NCBI GenBank assembly: GCA_963716725.1 | Contig: CAVQUB010000011.1 | Span: 32,001-96,000, forward strand | Reading direction: 5' to 3' | Source: an uncultured delta proteobacterium | GTDB taxonomy: Bacteria; Myxococcota_A; Polyangia; Polyangiales; Polyangiaceae | Length of the DNA stretch: 64,000 nt | In this document: in pieces, positions 39,055 through 49,189 of the stretch | Layout of the letters: the number at the start of each line of letters is the position of its first letter | Numbering within the stretch: position 1 is the stretch's first letter | Position numbers and translations under genes: made by a program | The notes under the pieces: model-generated | Database searches by the model: none | What the model saw: the letters and a program-made list of their open reading frames with translations, nothing else | Told to the model about the DNA's origin: nothing

Positions 39055-41346
39055 TTAGCTCTCCGAGAACTCCGCCAGACGTGCGTGGTAGAGCGTGGCC
39101 TCGCTCAGGCGGCCGGCACGGGTCGCACGAGCAACCAGGCGAGTGAGCACCTGGGCAAGGCGCGCGCGCACATCGTCGCGTCGCCGCTCGGTCACCTCTT
39201 CGAGCCGCGCCGACAGCAAGGCAAATAGCGCTTCGTCCCGCTGCAAGCGAAAGAGCACATCGGCCAGCTCGAGGGCCAGGACCTCGTCGCCCGGGTTGGC
39301 GAGCACCGCCGCCTCGAGGCGCGAGCACAGCTCGACGTCGCGGGAGTCGCTCGCGCCCTCGGCCTCGTCGTCGGAGCCCTGCGGCGCGAAGGTGTCGGAG
39401 GCCGGCTGCTCGCTCAGATGCTCGGCCGCCGGCGGCGGAATGGTGTCCCGGGCGGCCGGAGCCTCACGCTCCGGGGAGAAGCGATCGCGATCGCGCCGCA
39501 CTCGCGCTGCCACGACTGCGGCCACCTCGCGATAGCGTGACGCCAACTGCTTGTCCCGAGGCGAAATGCGGATCGCCACCGCCAGGTGTCGCTCGGCTGC
39601 CAGCGCGTCGCCTTGCACTTCGCGCTCGAAGCGCGCGGCCTGCACCAGCCACTCGACCGCGCCTTCCGGAGCCTCCTCGGCGAGCTCGATCCGATCGCGC
39701 AGACGCGCCCACGCCAGCGAAGCACCAGCGGCGTCGCCGAGCAGCGCCCGCCACCCGGCTTCGAGCGCCGCCGCCTCGATGGCCCGCGGCGATCCACTCG
39801 GCACCTGACGCACCCGGGCGATGGCCTGTGGCAGGTCTTCCAGGTCAGTGGCCAAGAGCCGCGCCATGTCCACGAGCGCGTCGGAGTCCGCTGTCCCGCT
39901 GCGCTCCGAGAGCGCGACGGCTCTGGCAAGCAGCGAAAACGCCCGTTGGCTCTTGCCGGCTTCCATCAAGGAGCGAGCCAGCCCTGCCGTCGCCACCGGA
40001 TCGTCGGGCACGTAGCGCAACGCCCGTTCGAATGACCGTCCCGCCTCGCTCACGAATCCGCGCTCGAGCAACATGCGCGCGGCGCGCGAGCACGCCACGT
40101 GGCGTGCCGCGGCGCCCAAGGCCGCCGCCTCCAGGTGCTCGGTGTCAGCGCGGGCGCCGCTGACGTCGCCGACCTCGATGCGTGCGGCGAGTCGCGCCCA
40201 GCGAACGCGAGCGAGGCCCGGCGCCGCGGCCACCCCTCGGTCGAGCGCCGTCATCCGCTCGCCGGCGTTCGTGGCGAGCTCACTGAGGCGCTGCCAATAC
40301 AGCGCGCAAAGCGGCGCAAACGGCTCACCTTGCACCAGGTGGGCGATGGCCTCGGCCGCCCCTTGGAGATCGCCCGTGCGGGCCAAGAGTTCGGCCCCAA
40401 TCCAGCCGGAACGCGACGCCGGAAGGGTTTCGACGATGAGGCCCAGCGCGGCTTCCGCGCGGCCGCCGGCGAACAAGTCGATCTCCCCGATCAGCTGGGT
40501 GAGATCCTGGTGCCTCGGCGCATGTTCGAGCGCAGCCAGGTAGCCTGCGCGCGCACGCTCGAGGTCTCCAGCCGCGAGCGCCTCGTCCGCCTCGGCGGTG
40601 AGCGCGGCCAACTCTAGCGCGCGCGCCGCCGTCGCGTGCAGCATGGGCGGTTCGAAGGTCGAGTCGAGCGCCACCCGGATCTCGTCGCCGCGCGTCTCGA
40701 GCTCTCCGAAGCGCACGCGCCCCGTCGCGGGCGCGCGGGCGCCCACCGCCGGCAGTACGGCTCGAGTGAGGCGCTGGGCCGCCGCCTCGAGCGTGAGGAC
40801 GCGTCCCCTCCGCTGGCCGACGCCCGCGAAGAGGGTATCGACGGCGTGAATCGCGTGTCCAAGCGCCGGCGCGTCGAGGGCGCCGCCGCGGACGTGGCTC
40901 AAGACAAAACGACCGTCACCATGAAGCGGGGCCCACAAGAGATCGAAGGCCAGGGCGCCCCGCGCCCCCAGGAGCCCGATCGCGACTCCCTGCGGCACCG
41001 CCCAGACCACGGGAGCGCGCTCGAGCGCGCCCACGACGTCGCGAAGCCGCGGCGTCAACCACGACGACAGGCCGGAAAAGCTCGCGGCGAGCTCGAGTCG
41101 CTCCAGATCGCCCCGGCGGTGTCGGAACAGCGGCACACCGCCTGACAAATCCACCGGAAATCGGAGGCCGGGAAAGGTCGCCTCGAGCTCGACGAGTTCC
41201 AGCGGTCCCACCTCGATGGGTTCGTAGAGCTCGATACCGAGCGCGCCGCGGGTCGCCGTCAGGCGGAGCGGCACCCTACTGTCGCCGAGCTCCTCGAGCA
41301 TCGGCCCGCTCGGAGCTCCGGGTGAGCGCTCGGACTGAGAGGCCAC
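39055..41346 (-). CDS. Large hypothetical protein with TPR-like helical repeats
   Basis: 763-aa ORF; TPR-like segments (ARAGYLAALEHAP, AGRSFERALRYVPDD). Confidence 0.65.
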   Translation of the reverse strand: MASQSERSPGAPSGPMLEELGDSRVPLRLTATRGALGIELYEPIEVGPLELVELEATFPGLRFPVDLSGGVPLFRHRRGDLERLELAASFSGLSSWLTPRLRDVVGALERAPVVWAVPQGVAIGLLGARGALAFDLLWAPLHGDGRFVLSHVRGGALDAPALGHAIHAVDTLFAGVGQRRGRVLTLEAAAQRLTRAVLPAVGARAPATGRVRFGELETRGDEIRVALDSTFEPPMLHATAARALELAALTAEADEALAAGDLERARAGYLAALEHAPRHQDLTQLIGEIDLFAGGRAEAALGLIVETLPASRSGWIGAELLARTGDLQGAAEAIAHLVQGEPFAPLCALYWQRLSELATNAGERMTALDRGVAAAPGLARVRWARLAARIEVGDVSGARADTEHLEAAALGAAARHVACSRAARMLLERGFVSEAGRSFERALRYVPDDPVATAGLARSLMEAGKSQRAFSLLARAVALSERSGTADSDALVDMARLLATDLEDLPQAIARVRQVPSGSPRAIEAAALEAGWRALLGDAAGASLAWARLRDRIELAEEAPEGAVEWLVQAARFEREVQGDALAAERHLAVAIRISPRDKQLASRYREVAAVVAARVRRDRDRFSPEREAPAARDTIPPPAAEHLSEQPASDTFAPQGSDDEAEGASDSRDVELCSRLEAAVLANPGDEVLALELADVLFRLQRDEALFALLSARLEEVTERRRDDVRARLAQVLTRLVARATRAGRLSEATLYHARLAEFSES

Positions 41347-41435
41347 GTCAGCCCAAGCGTACCAGGTCGCGCGGAGCGGGGGTATTCGGCGGCCGACACG
41401 GCTCCGGCCCGCTTATCGAAGCGGGCTGAGTGAAG

Positions 41436-41464
41436 ACAAAACGCGGGCCGATTCGGGCCCGCGT
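41436..41464 (-). terminator. Intrinsic terminator after the MlaC-like gene
   Basis: 9-bp stem ACGCGGGCC/GGCCCGCGT followed by a T-run on the minus strand. Confidence 0.65.
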
Positions 41465-41487
41465 CTGGATTTCCGACCGCAGAGGGC

Positions 41488-42087
41488 TCAGGCGCCGTCT
41501 TTGTCCGCCTTCTTCTTCATGCGGCGCATCAGCTCGGCGAAGCCGTTCTTCTTGATCACGCGACCGAACTGGCTGCGGTAGTTGCCGACCATGCTCGACC
41601 CCTCGGTCAGGATGTTGCCCACGACCCAGCGGCCGTCGAGCTTGTGCATGGCGTAGTCGACGTGGACCGGCTCCTCGCGCGCGTTGGTCTTGCTTCTGGC
41701 CACGGTCCTGACCAACACGCCCTTCTTGGCTTCGGTGGTGCCGTCGTAGGTCACGTCGTAGTCGAGCGTCTTCTTCAGGTTCTTCCGGTAGGCGTTCTTC
41801 ACCAGCCGCTTGAGCATGTCCTGGAACTCTTTGCGCTCGGCTTCGCTGAGATCGTCCCAGTGCTTTCCCAGCGAGTCCTTCGCGAGCGCGTTGTAGTCGA
41901 GCAGATCGTCGAAGATTTGGTCCATCTTCTTCGCGTCGGACGCCTTGCCCTTCTTGAGCTGCGCCGTGAGCTCGGTCTGCTTGGCCTTGAGCCTCCCGTC
42001 CGCTCCTTCGGACGCAAATGCGGGTCCGGCGAAGGCAAGTAGCAACGACAGCACCATGAGAAACGGGATCCAGCGACGACGTGACAT
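41488..42087 (-). CDS. MlaC/Ttg2D-family periplasmic lipid-binding protein
   Basis: Signal peptide (GPAFA); DY..LA..SLG.HW..LS...R.EF, VDY.M....G.W.V..I..EG.S.V.NYRSQF...I. Confidence 0.88.
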   Translation of the reverse strand: MSRRRWIPFLMVLSLLLAFAGPAFASEGADGRLKAKQTELTAQLKKGKASDAKKMDQIFDDLLDYNALAKDSLGKHWDDLSEAERKEFQDMLKRLVKNAYRKNLKKTLDYDVTYDGTTEAKKGVLVRTVARSKTNAREEPVHVDYAMHKLDGRWVVGNILTEGSSMVGNYRSQFGRVIKKNGFAELMRRMKKKADKDGA

Positions 42088-42127
42088 GACTCGGTGTTCC
42101 TTTATTTGGGTCTCCACATCGTTTTAC

Positions 42128-42142
42128 GCAACTCGGGTGCCA
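42128..42142 (-). promoter_or_regulatory. Sigma54 (-24/-12) promoter TGGCAC-CCGAG-TTGC upstream of the MlaC-like gene
   Basis: Matches consensus TGGCAC-N5-TTGC exactly; predicted TSS ~42116, AAGGAA SD before ATG 42087. Confidence 0.72.
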
Positions 42143-42275
42143 AAGCTTCACTCTCGAGGAGCATCACGCATAAATTCCGCGGTTTCGTCGGATCCGGCGC
42201 CGGCTCCAGGACCCGGCGCCCAGGCTCCGAGGCCGGAGACCCTGATCCGTGAGCCAGGGGCACACCCACCGACGT

Positions 42276-43613
42276 TCACGCGTCGGGGGGGTTCCCGCCG
42301 CCCGGCGCCTCGGCCGCCAAGCCGGAAGGCAGATGGACTCGGAAGGTCGCTCCGCGGCCTTCCTGGCTATCGACCTCAACGGAAAAACCGTGCTCGTCGG
42401 CGATGGCTTTGACGACCGCGAGACCCACGCCGGTGCCGTGGCTGCGGGTGGTGAAGAACGCGTCGAAGAGCCGTTCCCGCGCCTCGTCGTCGATCCCTTG
42501 CCCCCGATCCGAGACGGCCAGCACGAAACCGTCGGCGTCGGCGACGATCGACACTTCGACGGCGTCACCCGGACTCGAGGCTTGAACGGCGTTTCGCACC
42601 AGGTTCCAGACCAACTGTCGGAGTTGCGCGGCGTCGGCCACCACCCGGGCGGCATCGACGCCCCGATACTCGATCGCGATGTCGGAGCTGCCGCGGCCGG
42701 ATTGCGACGCCAGCGCCACGACCTCCTGCGCGACTGCCGCGACGTCGACCTCGGCGAACTCGGGCTTGCGACGCCGGGTGAGGTCCATCATGTCGGTGAC
42801 GAGATCGTTCAGGCGTTCCGCCTCGCGCTGCGCGATGTCGCACAGCAGTCGGTCGTCCTCCGAGAGCGCGGGGTTGTCGCGCAAGAGTTGGACGGAGCCA
42901 GCGATCGATCCGAGCGGATTCCTAATCTCGTGTGCGAGCCCGGTGGCGAGCCGACCCAGCGCGGCCATGCGCTCCGCCCGGTCAGCTCGCTCTTCAGCGA
43001 CCACCACGCGCCCAGCTTCGAGGCGCAGCCGCTCCGCCAGGTACCCCGAGAGAAGTGTCACCACGACCAACATCAGGAGCGTGACGAGCACGTAGTAAGC
43101 GACCTCGCCCCGAGGCAGAGAATACAGAGCGGAGGGTTGATCTGCCGGCGGCGGAAGCCAGCGGCGAGCCAGCAGGGTGACCAGGCCGACGTAGAGTGCG
43201 CCCCCGGAAATGGCCGCGATGGCCGCGCCGCGCAGCCCAGCCAGGGCCGCGCCGGTGACGCACGTCAGCCCGTAGAACGACGTCGCACCGCTGGTCGCTC
43301 CCCCCGTGAGATAGACGAGCACGGTCCAGGTCGCTTGATCGACCAACAGCTGGGCGAGCGCCAGGCGGTCCAGGCCCCGTCCGCTGCGCAGCACCGCCGC
43401 GTACACGCCGGCACTCGCAAAAGCGAACGCCAGCGTCGCCCAGCCGATCTGCACGCTCACGGTGTCGGAGCCTGCGCTCTGCAAATAGAACGCGCCGATC
43501 ACTCCCAGGGCGGCAACCAAGAAGAACAGCCGCGCCGCAGTGACCCACGCCAGGCGCCGGGCCAACGGCGCGCCGGCCAGGTTCTCCGGGATGCCCAGGC
43601 TGACGGCCACCAC
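42276..43613 (-). CDS. PilS-like membrane sensor histidine kinase
   Basis: Several TM helices with TGG..S..Y, H-box LAHEIRNPL, N-box WNLVRNA, DRGQGI, FFTT, GTGVGL; directly after pilC. Confidence 0.88.
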   Translation of the reverse strand: MVAVSLGIPENLAGAPLARRLAWVTAARLFFLVAALGVIGAFYLQSAGSDTVSVQIGWATLAFAFASAGVYAAVLRSGRGLDRLALAQLLVDQATWTVLVYLTGGATSGATSFYGLTCVTGAALAGLRGAAIAAISGGALYVGLVTLLARRWLPPPADQPSALYSLPRGEVAYYVLVTLLMLVVVTLLSGYLAERLRLEAGRVVVAEERADRAERMAALGRLATGLAHEIRNPLGSIAGSVQLLRDNPALSEDDRLLCDIAQREAERLNDLVTDMMDLTRRRKPEFAEVDVAAVAQEVVALASQSGRGSSDIAIEYRGVDAARVVADAAQLRQLVWNLVRNAVQASSPGDAVEVSIVADADGFVLAVSDRGQGIDDEARERLFDAFFTTRSHGTGVGLAVVKAIADEHGFSVEVDSQEGRGATFRVHLPSGLAAEAPGGGNPPDA

Positions 43614-43622
43614 CGCCGACCG

Positions 43623-44837
43623 TCAGTCTGCCTTGATGTTGCCGGCCATCGAGAAGATGGGCAGGTACATCGCGATCAGCACCACTCCGACCATGCCGCC
43701 GACGCCGACCATCAGGATGGGCTCGATGGCGCTGGTCATGGCCGCGACGGCGATGTCGGTCTCTTCTTCGTAGAAATCGGCGATCTTGTTGAGCATCTGA
43801 TCGAGCGCGCCGGTCTGCTCACCGACGGCGATCATCTGAACCACCATGTCCGGGAATACGCCGGCCTCGGTCAGCGGCTCGGCCATGTTCTTGCCTTCGC
43901 TGATTTTGGTCCGCACGTGCTGGATTCCGTCCTCGAGGACCACGTTGCCGCTGGTCCTTGCGCAGATGTCCAGCGCGTCGAGGATCGGTACGCCGGACTG
44001 GAGCAGGGTGCCGAGCGTGCGGGTGAAGCGGGCCACTGCGATCTTGCGCAACACCGGCCCAATGATGGGCATTTTCAACTGTGCGCCGTGTACGACCCGC
44101 TTGCCCCCGGGTGTTCGATAGAAGTAGGTGAAGCCGCCGCCGGCCAGCAGCCCGCCCACGACGATGAAGGGCAAGTAGGTGACGAAGCCGTGGGAGAGCG
44201 CGACGATGATTTGGGTCAGCTTGGGCAGCGACTCTTTGCCGCCTCCGAAGTCAGCAAACATGCGCTCGAACGCCGGGATCACGAAGGTGAGCAACACGGT
44301 CATCACGCCGCCGGCGATGAAGATGACGATGATCGGATAAACCAGCGCACCACGCACCTGGCGGACGAGCTTCTGCCGCTTCTCGAGGTACACCGAGAGC
44401 CGCTGCATGATCGTGTCCAGGATGCCGCCGACTTCGCCGGCATGCACCAAGTTCACGAAGAGTTCGTCGAAGATCTTCGGGTGCTTGCGCAGGGCGTCGC
44501 TGAACGAGGCGCCCTGCTCCACGGAGCTCTTCACGTCGCGCAGCACTCCCGCAAAGACCTTGTTGGACTGTTGGCCGGAGAGGATCTCGAGGCACTGCAC
44601 CAGGGGCAGACCTGCGTCGATCATGGTGGCGAAGAGGCGGGTGAAGGTCACCAAGTCCTTGGTGTTGACACCGGACCCGAGCGAGAAGCTCAGCTCCTTG
44701 CCCTTTTTCTTGACCTTGACGGGGCTGAGCTGTTGCTGTCGAAGGCGCTGGTTGACGGCGTCCTCGCTGTCCGCCTCCATCACGCCCTTGCGGACTTCTC
44801 CCGTTCGGGCGCGCGCTTCCCACGCAAACTCGGCCAT
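43623..44837 (-). CDS. pilC: Type IV pilus inner-membrane platform protein PilC (T2SS F family)
   Basis: FTRLFATMIDAGLPLVQCL, AGEVGGILD, ALVYP, ARFTRTLGTLL.SGVPIL, GEQTGALD.ML.KIADFY, AMYLPIF. Confidence 0.95.
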   Translation of the reverse strand: MAEFAWEARARTGEVRKGVMEADSEDAVNQRLRQQQLSPVKVKKKGKELSFSLGSGVNTKDLVTFTRLFATMIDAGLPLVQCLEILSGQQSNKVFAGVLRDVKSSVEQGASFSDALRKHPKIFDELFVNLVHAGEVGGILDTIMQRLSVYLEKRQKLVRQVRGALVYPIIVIFIAGGVMTVLLTFVIPAFERMFADFGGGKESLPKLTQIIVALSHGFVTYLPFIVVGGLLAGGGFTYFYRTPGGKRVVHGAQLKMPIIGPVLRKIAVARFTRTLGTLLQSGVPILDALDICARTSGNVVLEDGIQHVRTKISEGKNMAEPLTEAGVFPDMVVQMIAVGEQTGALDQMLNKIADFYEEETDIAVAAMTSAIEPILMVGVGGMVGVVLIAMYLPIFSMAGNIKAD

Positions 44838-44872
44838 ATTGTTTTGTGCCGGTGGTCTCAGCCGGCGACCGC

Positions 44873-44902
44873 AGCATAGCGGCGTCCACCTCGAAGCGTC
44901 AA
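44873..44902 (-). promoter_or_regulatory. Sigma70-type promoter for pilC (TTGACG-N18-TATGCT)
   Basis: Near-consensus -35/-10 pair in the short divergent intergenic region. Confidence 0.5.
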
Positions 44903-44913
44903 AAAGACCGGCC

Positions 44914-46029
44914 ATGACCCAAGAAGCTGCGCTCTCTCGAATCGCTCAGGCGCTGGTGGTCGGGCCCGGAGTCGCGCCCGGGGCGAGCCTGGCCGTCGCT
45001 CGGCGGGTCGGGGGCTCGTGGAGCTTCAGGTTGGGCGCTGCCGGTCACCTCGACCGCCGGTGCGTGGCGGCGACGACACCGCTGACACCCTTCGATCTCG
45101 CGTCGGTGACCAAGCCGGTGCTTGCGCTGACCTTGGCGCGGCTCGACGCGCGCGGGGCGATTCGACGCTCCGATCCGCTGGGCCAGCACCTGCCAGAAGC
45201 GGTAGGCACGCCCTCGGCAGATGTCCCGCTGGATCTCCTACTGGCGCACCGTGCTGGGCTCGAGTCCCATCTGAGGTTCTTCGCGCCGCTCCAGGCGGGC
45301 CTGCCATTCGAGCGGCGACGTTGCTTGAGGCAGGCGTGCCAAGCCCGCCGCGCCGATGCATGCGGGCGACCGCCACCGGAAGGCTTCGCTCCCGTCTACA
45401 GCGATCTCGGCTATCTCCTCCTGGGCGCAGCCGTGGAGCGCAGCATCGGAAAGCCTCTCGACGAAGTCGTGCGGGCGGAGGTCGTTGCGCAGCTCGGACT
45501 CGGCCTTCGATCGGCACGTCAGGCGCTGGCCGACGGCGAGGACTTCGCTCGCGTGGTCGCCCCGACGGAGGTCGTCCCGTGGCGCGGGGGCGTGGTCTCG
45601 GGAATGGTCCACGACGAGAACGCTTGGGCGCTCGCGGGACACGGAGTCGCCGGCCACGCTGGGCTCTTCGGTACTGCCGAGGCGGTCGCGCGCTTCGGTT
45701 GCGCGGTGTTGGACATCCTCGCCGGTCGCGCGGAGGGCTTCCTCGCTGCCGAGCTCTGTCGAGCCCTCGTTCGCGAGCGACCGGGGTCGACGCTGCGCGC
45801 GGGGTTCGACGGAGTCTCGGGACCGGAGTCGTCCGCGGGCCGGATGGGGCCGCGCGCATTCGGGCACCTCGGGTTCACCGGCACGAGCCTGTGGTGCGAC
45901 CCGGACAGCGAAATTGTCACCGTCATCCTGACCAACCGGGTGCACCCGACCCGGGAGCACACCGCGATCCGGCAGGCCCGCCCGGCCGTGCAGAACGCGC
46001 TTCTAGACCTGCCCGCCGGCGGCGTCTGA
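44914..46029 (+). CDS. Serine hydrolase, beta-lactamase/AmpC-like family
   Basis: FDLASVTK (SxxK), LLAHRAGL, YSDLG, VHDENA, GHAGLF, GHLGFTG, LTNRVHP. Confidence 0.9.
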   Translation: MTQEAALSRIAQALVVGPGVAPGASLAVARRVGGSWSFRLGAAGHLDRRCVAATTPLTPFDLASVTKPVLALTLARLDARGAIRRSDPLGQHLPEAVGTPSADVPLDLLLAHRAGLESHLRFFAPLQAGLPFERRRCLRQACQARRADACGRPPPEGFAPVYSDLGYLLLGAAVERSIGKPLDEVVRAEVVAQLGLGLRSARQALADGEDFARVVAPTEVVPWRGGVVSGMVHDENAWALAGHGVAGHAGLFGTAEAVARFGCAVLDILAGRAEGFLAAELCRALVRERPGSTLRAGFDGVSGPESSAGRMGPRAFGHLGFTGTSLWCDPDSEIVTVILTNRVHPTREHTAIRQARPAVQNALLDLPAGGV

Positions 46030-46164
46030 GGAGCCAGAACGCGAGGGATGTCGGACCAAGCGGGCAAATAGCTGGAAACATTCGGAAAGACGTGCGAAAT
46101 TTCCAAATGCGTTCCCCCCCGTTGGCGGAACGCTTCTTTCGCGGCAGGATCCAGGCAGTCAGCG

Positions 46165-47700
46165 ATGTGGAAGCTCTCGATCGAGGACGACCAAGCCAAC
46201 AAGACGGTCGTCAGCCTCGTCCGCGACGAGTACTCGATCGGACGCGGCGAGGAGAACACCGTCCGGCTGACCGAACGCAACATCTCGCGTCGGCACTCGA
46301 AGCTCACGCGCAACGGGACCGGTTGGATTCTCGACGACCTGGCGAGCTACAACGGTTGCTTCGTCAATGGGGTACGCGTCAGCGAGCCCCAGACCCTCGA
46401 GCACGGCGACCTGCTTCAAGTCGGTGACTACCGCCTCGAGATCACCGACGAGCAGGTCGCCAACGCGGTGTACAGCAAGTCGACCGTCCCGGGCGCCAAC
46501 CGCACCGCGTCGCTGCTCAGTGAACAGGATCGCCTGTTCATGCTCGCAGGTCCCTCGCCGGGCGCGGAGTACGCCCTGAGCGGCCAGCGCGTCGTGATCG
46601 GCCGCGGAGAAGAGTGCGACGTCTCGGTCAACCACGCCTCAGTGAGCCGCGTGCACGCCGAGATCCACGTCGTGGGTGACGGTCGCTACGAGATCGTCGA
46701 CCGGGAGAGCGCCAACGGGCTGCGCGTCAACGGGGTGGATCTGCATCGAAGCTTGCTGGACGCCCGCGACACCGTCGAGCTCGGCGACGTCGTCTTCAAG
46801 TTCATCCCCGCCGGCCAGATCTACCACCCGGGGGCCGATGCGACGGCGCAGCTGGGCGCTGTCGGTCCGGCGATGTCCGAGCGTCACACGCCGGCGCCCG
46901 GCGTCGGCATGGAGCGGAGGACCTCCGCCGCGCCTGGCATCCCGCCGATCCTGAAGGCCGTGGCCGGCGTAGCGTTTCTGGGAGTGCTCGTGATGATCGG
47001 CATGGTGGCGTTCGGGAACCGTCCGAACGCCGCCGGCGACGGCGCTGCCCAGGGCAGCGACCCCACGACTCGGGCGCTGACCGATGCCGTCCAACTCATG
47101 CAAAACGGCGACGTCGAAGGCGCGCACACCAAGGTGACCTCCGAGGTCCCCGAGAACAGCAACGCGCGCCAGTCCACCGAATTCAAGGACATCGAGGCAC
47201 GCTGGGCGAACATGCTGCTCGACCTCGCGAGCCGCGAGACGGATCCGCAGAAGAAGCGCGCTTTGCTCGACCGCGTCGCGAAGGCGACCACCGTCGACTC
47301 GGTGAGCCGCAAACGAGCCAGCAACGAAATCGCCGCGCTCGACCAGGGAGTGGATCCCAACGAGCTGCCGAGCACCACCAAGCCCGAAGCCACGCTCGGC
47401 CCAACGACGACCGCGGCTCCGGCGCTGTCCGGCGGGATCGTCCGCAACGACCCCTTCGGGGAGAAGCCCGTGGGCAAGACACCCCGGAAGCCCGAGGTTC
47501 CGCTCCCCAAGCCCAAGCCGAGCGCGGCCGAGACCGGTCCCGACGTGAAGGACATGGGCATGAGCGGTGACCGGCAAAAGCAAACTTCGGCCAAGAACGC
47601 GCTGAAGGCGAAGGCCGCGTCGGGCAAGGCCAGCGACAGCGACTTGCGCATGCTCAAGGCCTTGTGCCGGCAGCTCGGCGACATGAGCTGCGTGAACTGA
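46165..47700 (+). CDS. Membrane protein with two FHA domains
   Basis: Two IGR...SR.H...NG..VNG signatures, one TM helix, periplasmic helical/Pro-rich tail ending LC..LGD.SC. Confidence 0.88.
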   Translation: MWKLSIEDDQANKTVVSLVRDEYSIGRGEENTVRLTERNISRRHSKLTRNGTGWILDDLASYNGCFVNGVRVSEPQTLEHGDLLQVGDYRLEITDEQVANAVYSKSTVPGANRTASLLSEQDRLFMLAGPSPGAEYALSGQRVVIGRGEECDVSVNHASVSRVHAEIHVVGDGRYEIVDRESANGLRVNGVDLHRSLLDARDTVELGDVVFKFIPAGQIYHPGADATAQLGAVGPAMSERHTPAPGVGMERRTSAAPGIPPILKAVAGVAFLGVLVMIGMVAFGNRPNAAGDGAAQGSDPTTRALTDAVQLMQNGDVEGAHTKVTSEVPENSNARQSTEFKDIEARWANMLLDLASRETDPQKKRALLDRVAKATTVDSVSRKRASNEIAALDQGVDPNELPSTTKPEATLGPTTTAAPALSGGIVRNDPFGEKPVGKTPRKPEVPLPKPKPSAAETGPDVKDMGMSGDRQKQTSAKNALKAKAASGKASDSDLRMLKALCRQLGDMSCVN

Positions 47701-49188
47701 GTGGCAGAAGTCAGGGTTCGGGGGCCGGTCACCAAGAGCCCGGGCACCGCGCTCGGATCGCGTCCGGTGCTCGCCGTAGTGTGCCTCGGTGTGCTCTCCC
47801 TGCTGGCCGAGTTCGTGCCCAGCCTGGCCGAGGTCAGGCTCTCGACGCGGCCAACGAACGGCGCGGCGGCCGAAGTGCCCCTGGGCGTGGCCGCCCCCGT
47901 GCTCGAGCTCGGACAAGCCGAGCTCGAAACGGAGACCCGGTCGCGACCAGAGCTGGCCCAACCCGAGCACGTCGAGCTGCCGCGCGCCGCCCACGGCCCG
48001 ATCGCGAAGAAGATCGAGGGAGATCAGATCGCGATCGACGCCGAGAAGCCGCCGGTGCCCATCGACGACCCGAACCACCGCGGGCTCGAGCCTTTCTATC
48101 GGGCGCTGGCTCGCACCGCAGCCAAGGAGCCCAATGCGATCACGCGCGTGGTGCACTTCGGCGATTCGCTGGTGACCAGCGACTACGTCTCCGGCACCTT
48201 GCGGCGGAAGCTCCAGCGTCAGTTCGGAGACTCTGGTCACGGCTTCATGCTCATGGCCAACGCCTGGCCCGCGTACTTCCACAACGATGTCAGTCGCTTC
48301 TCTTCCAGCGGATGGCTGGTCAGCCGCATCGTCGGCCCGCTCTCCCCCGACGGCCTGTATGGCCTGGGCGGCGTGTCCTTCCGCGCCCCGCCAGGCTCAC
48401 GGGCACGCTTTGGCACCGCCAAGAGCGGCAGCTTCGGGCGCGGCGTCTCGCGCTTCGTGCTCGCCTACGTCAAGGAGCCCGGTGGCGGCAGAGCAAAGCT
48501 CCGCATCGACGGCGCGGACGTGAGAGAGATCGACACCAGCGCACCGGCCACCACGGTCTCCTTCGAAGCGCTGGAGGTGCCCGACGGCGAACACGAGCTC
48601 GAGGTGCTGACGACCTCGGGAACGACACGCGCGTTTGGCGTGGTGATGGAACGAGATGCCCCGGGCGTCGTGCTCGACGCGATCGGGATCCAGGGCGCGC
48701 GAGTGCGCTTCCTCGACAAGCAGGACGACGCGCACTGGGCCGAGACCTTGCGCTGGCGAAAGCCCGATCTCTTGATCTACCAGTTCGGCGCCAACGAGAG
48801 CGGCGACGGCTTCGCGTATCCGATGGATGAGTACTTCCGCACCATGAAGGACGTGCTCGACCAGGGCAGGCGCGCGCGCCCCGAGATGGGCTGCCTGGTG
48901 GTCGGCGCCATGGATCGCGCCGAGAAGAAGGGCACCGCGCTAGCGACCATGCCAGTGATTCCGGCCATCGTCGCCGAGCAGCGCAAGGCCGCGGCCGCGG
49001 CGGGCTGCGCCTTCTTCGATACCTTCAAGGCGATGGGCGGCGCGGGCAGCATGGCCGCGTGGGTCGAGCGCGGGCTCGGGCAGGCCGATTTGACTCACCC
49101 GACCGGCGTCGGGTCGGAGGTGATCGGGAACTGGCTCTTCCGGGCGCTCATGCAAGGCTTCACGAGCTTCAGAGCGGCGGCGCCCTGA
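47701..49188 (+). CDS. SGNH/GDSL hydrolase-family envelope protein
   Basis: N-terminal TM; HFGDSL, GIQGA, FGANE, DLTHP. Confidence 0.82.
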   Translation: MAEVRVRGPVTKSPGTALGSRPVLAVVCLGVLSLLAEFVPSLAEVRLSTRPTNGAAAEVPLGVAAPVLELGQAELETETRSRPELAQPEHVELPRAAHGPIAKKIEGDQIAIDAEKPPVPIDDPNHRGLEPFYRALARTAAKEPNAITRVVHFGDSLVTSDYVSGTLRRKLQRQFGDSGHGFMLMANAWPAYFHNDVSRFSSSGWLVSRIVGPLSPDGLYGLGGVSFRAPPGSRARFGTAKSGSFGRGVSRFVLAYVKEPGGGRAKLRIDGADVREIDTSAPATTVSFEALEVPDGEHELEVLTTSGTTRAFGVVMERDAPGVVLDAIGIQGARVRFLDKQDDAHWAETLRWRKPDLLIYQFGANESGDGFAYPMDEYFRTMKDVLDQGRRARPEMGCLVVGAMDRAEKKGTALATMPVIPAIVAEQRKAAAAAGCAFFDTFKAMGGAGSMAAWVERGLGQADLTHPTGVGSEVIGNWLFRALMQGFTSFRAAAP

Positions 49189-49189
49189 G

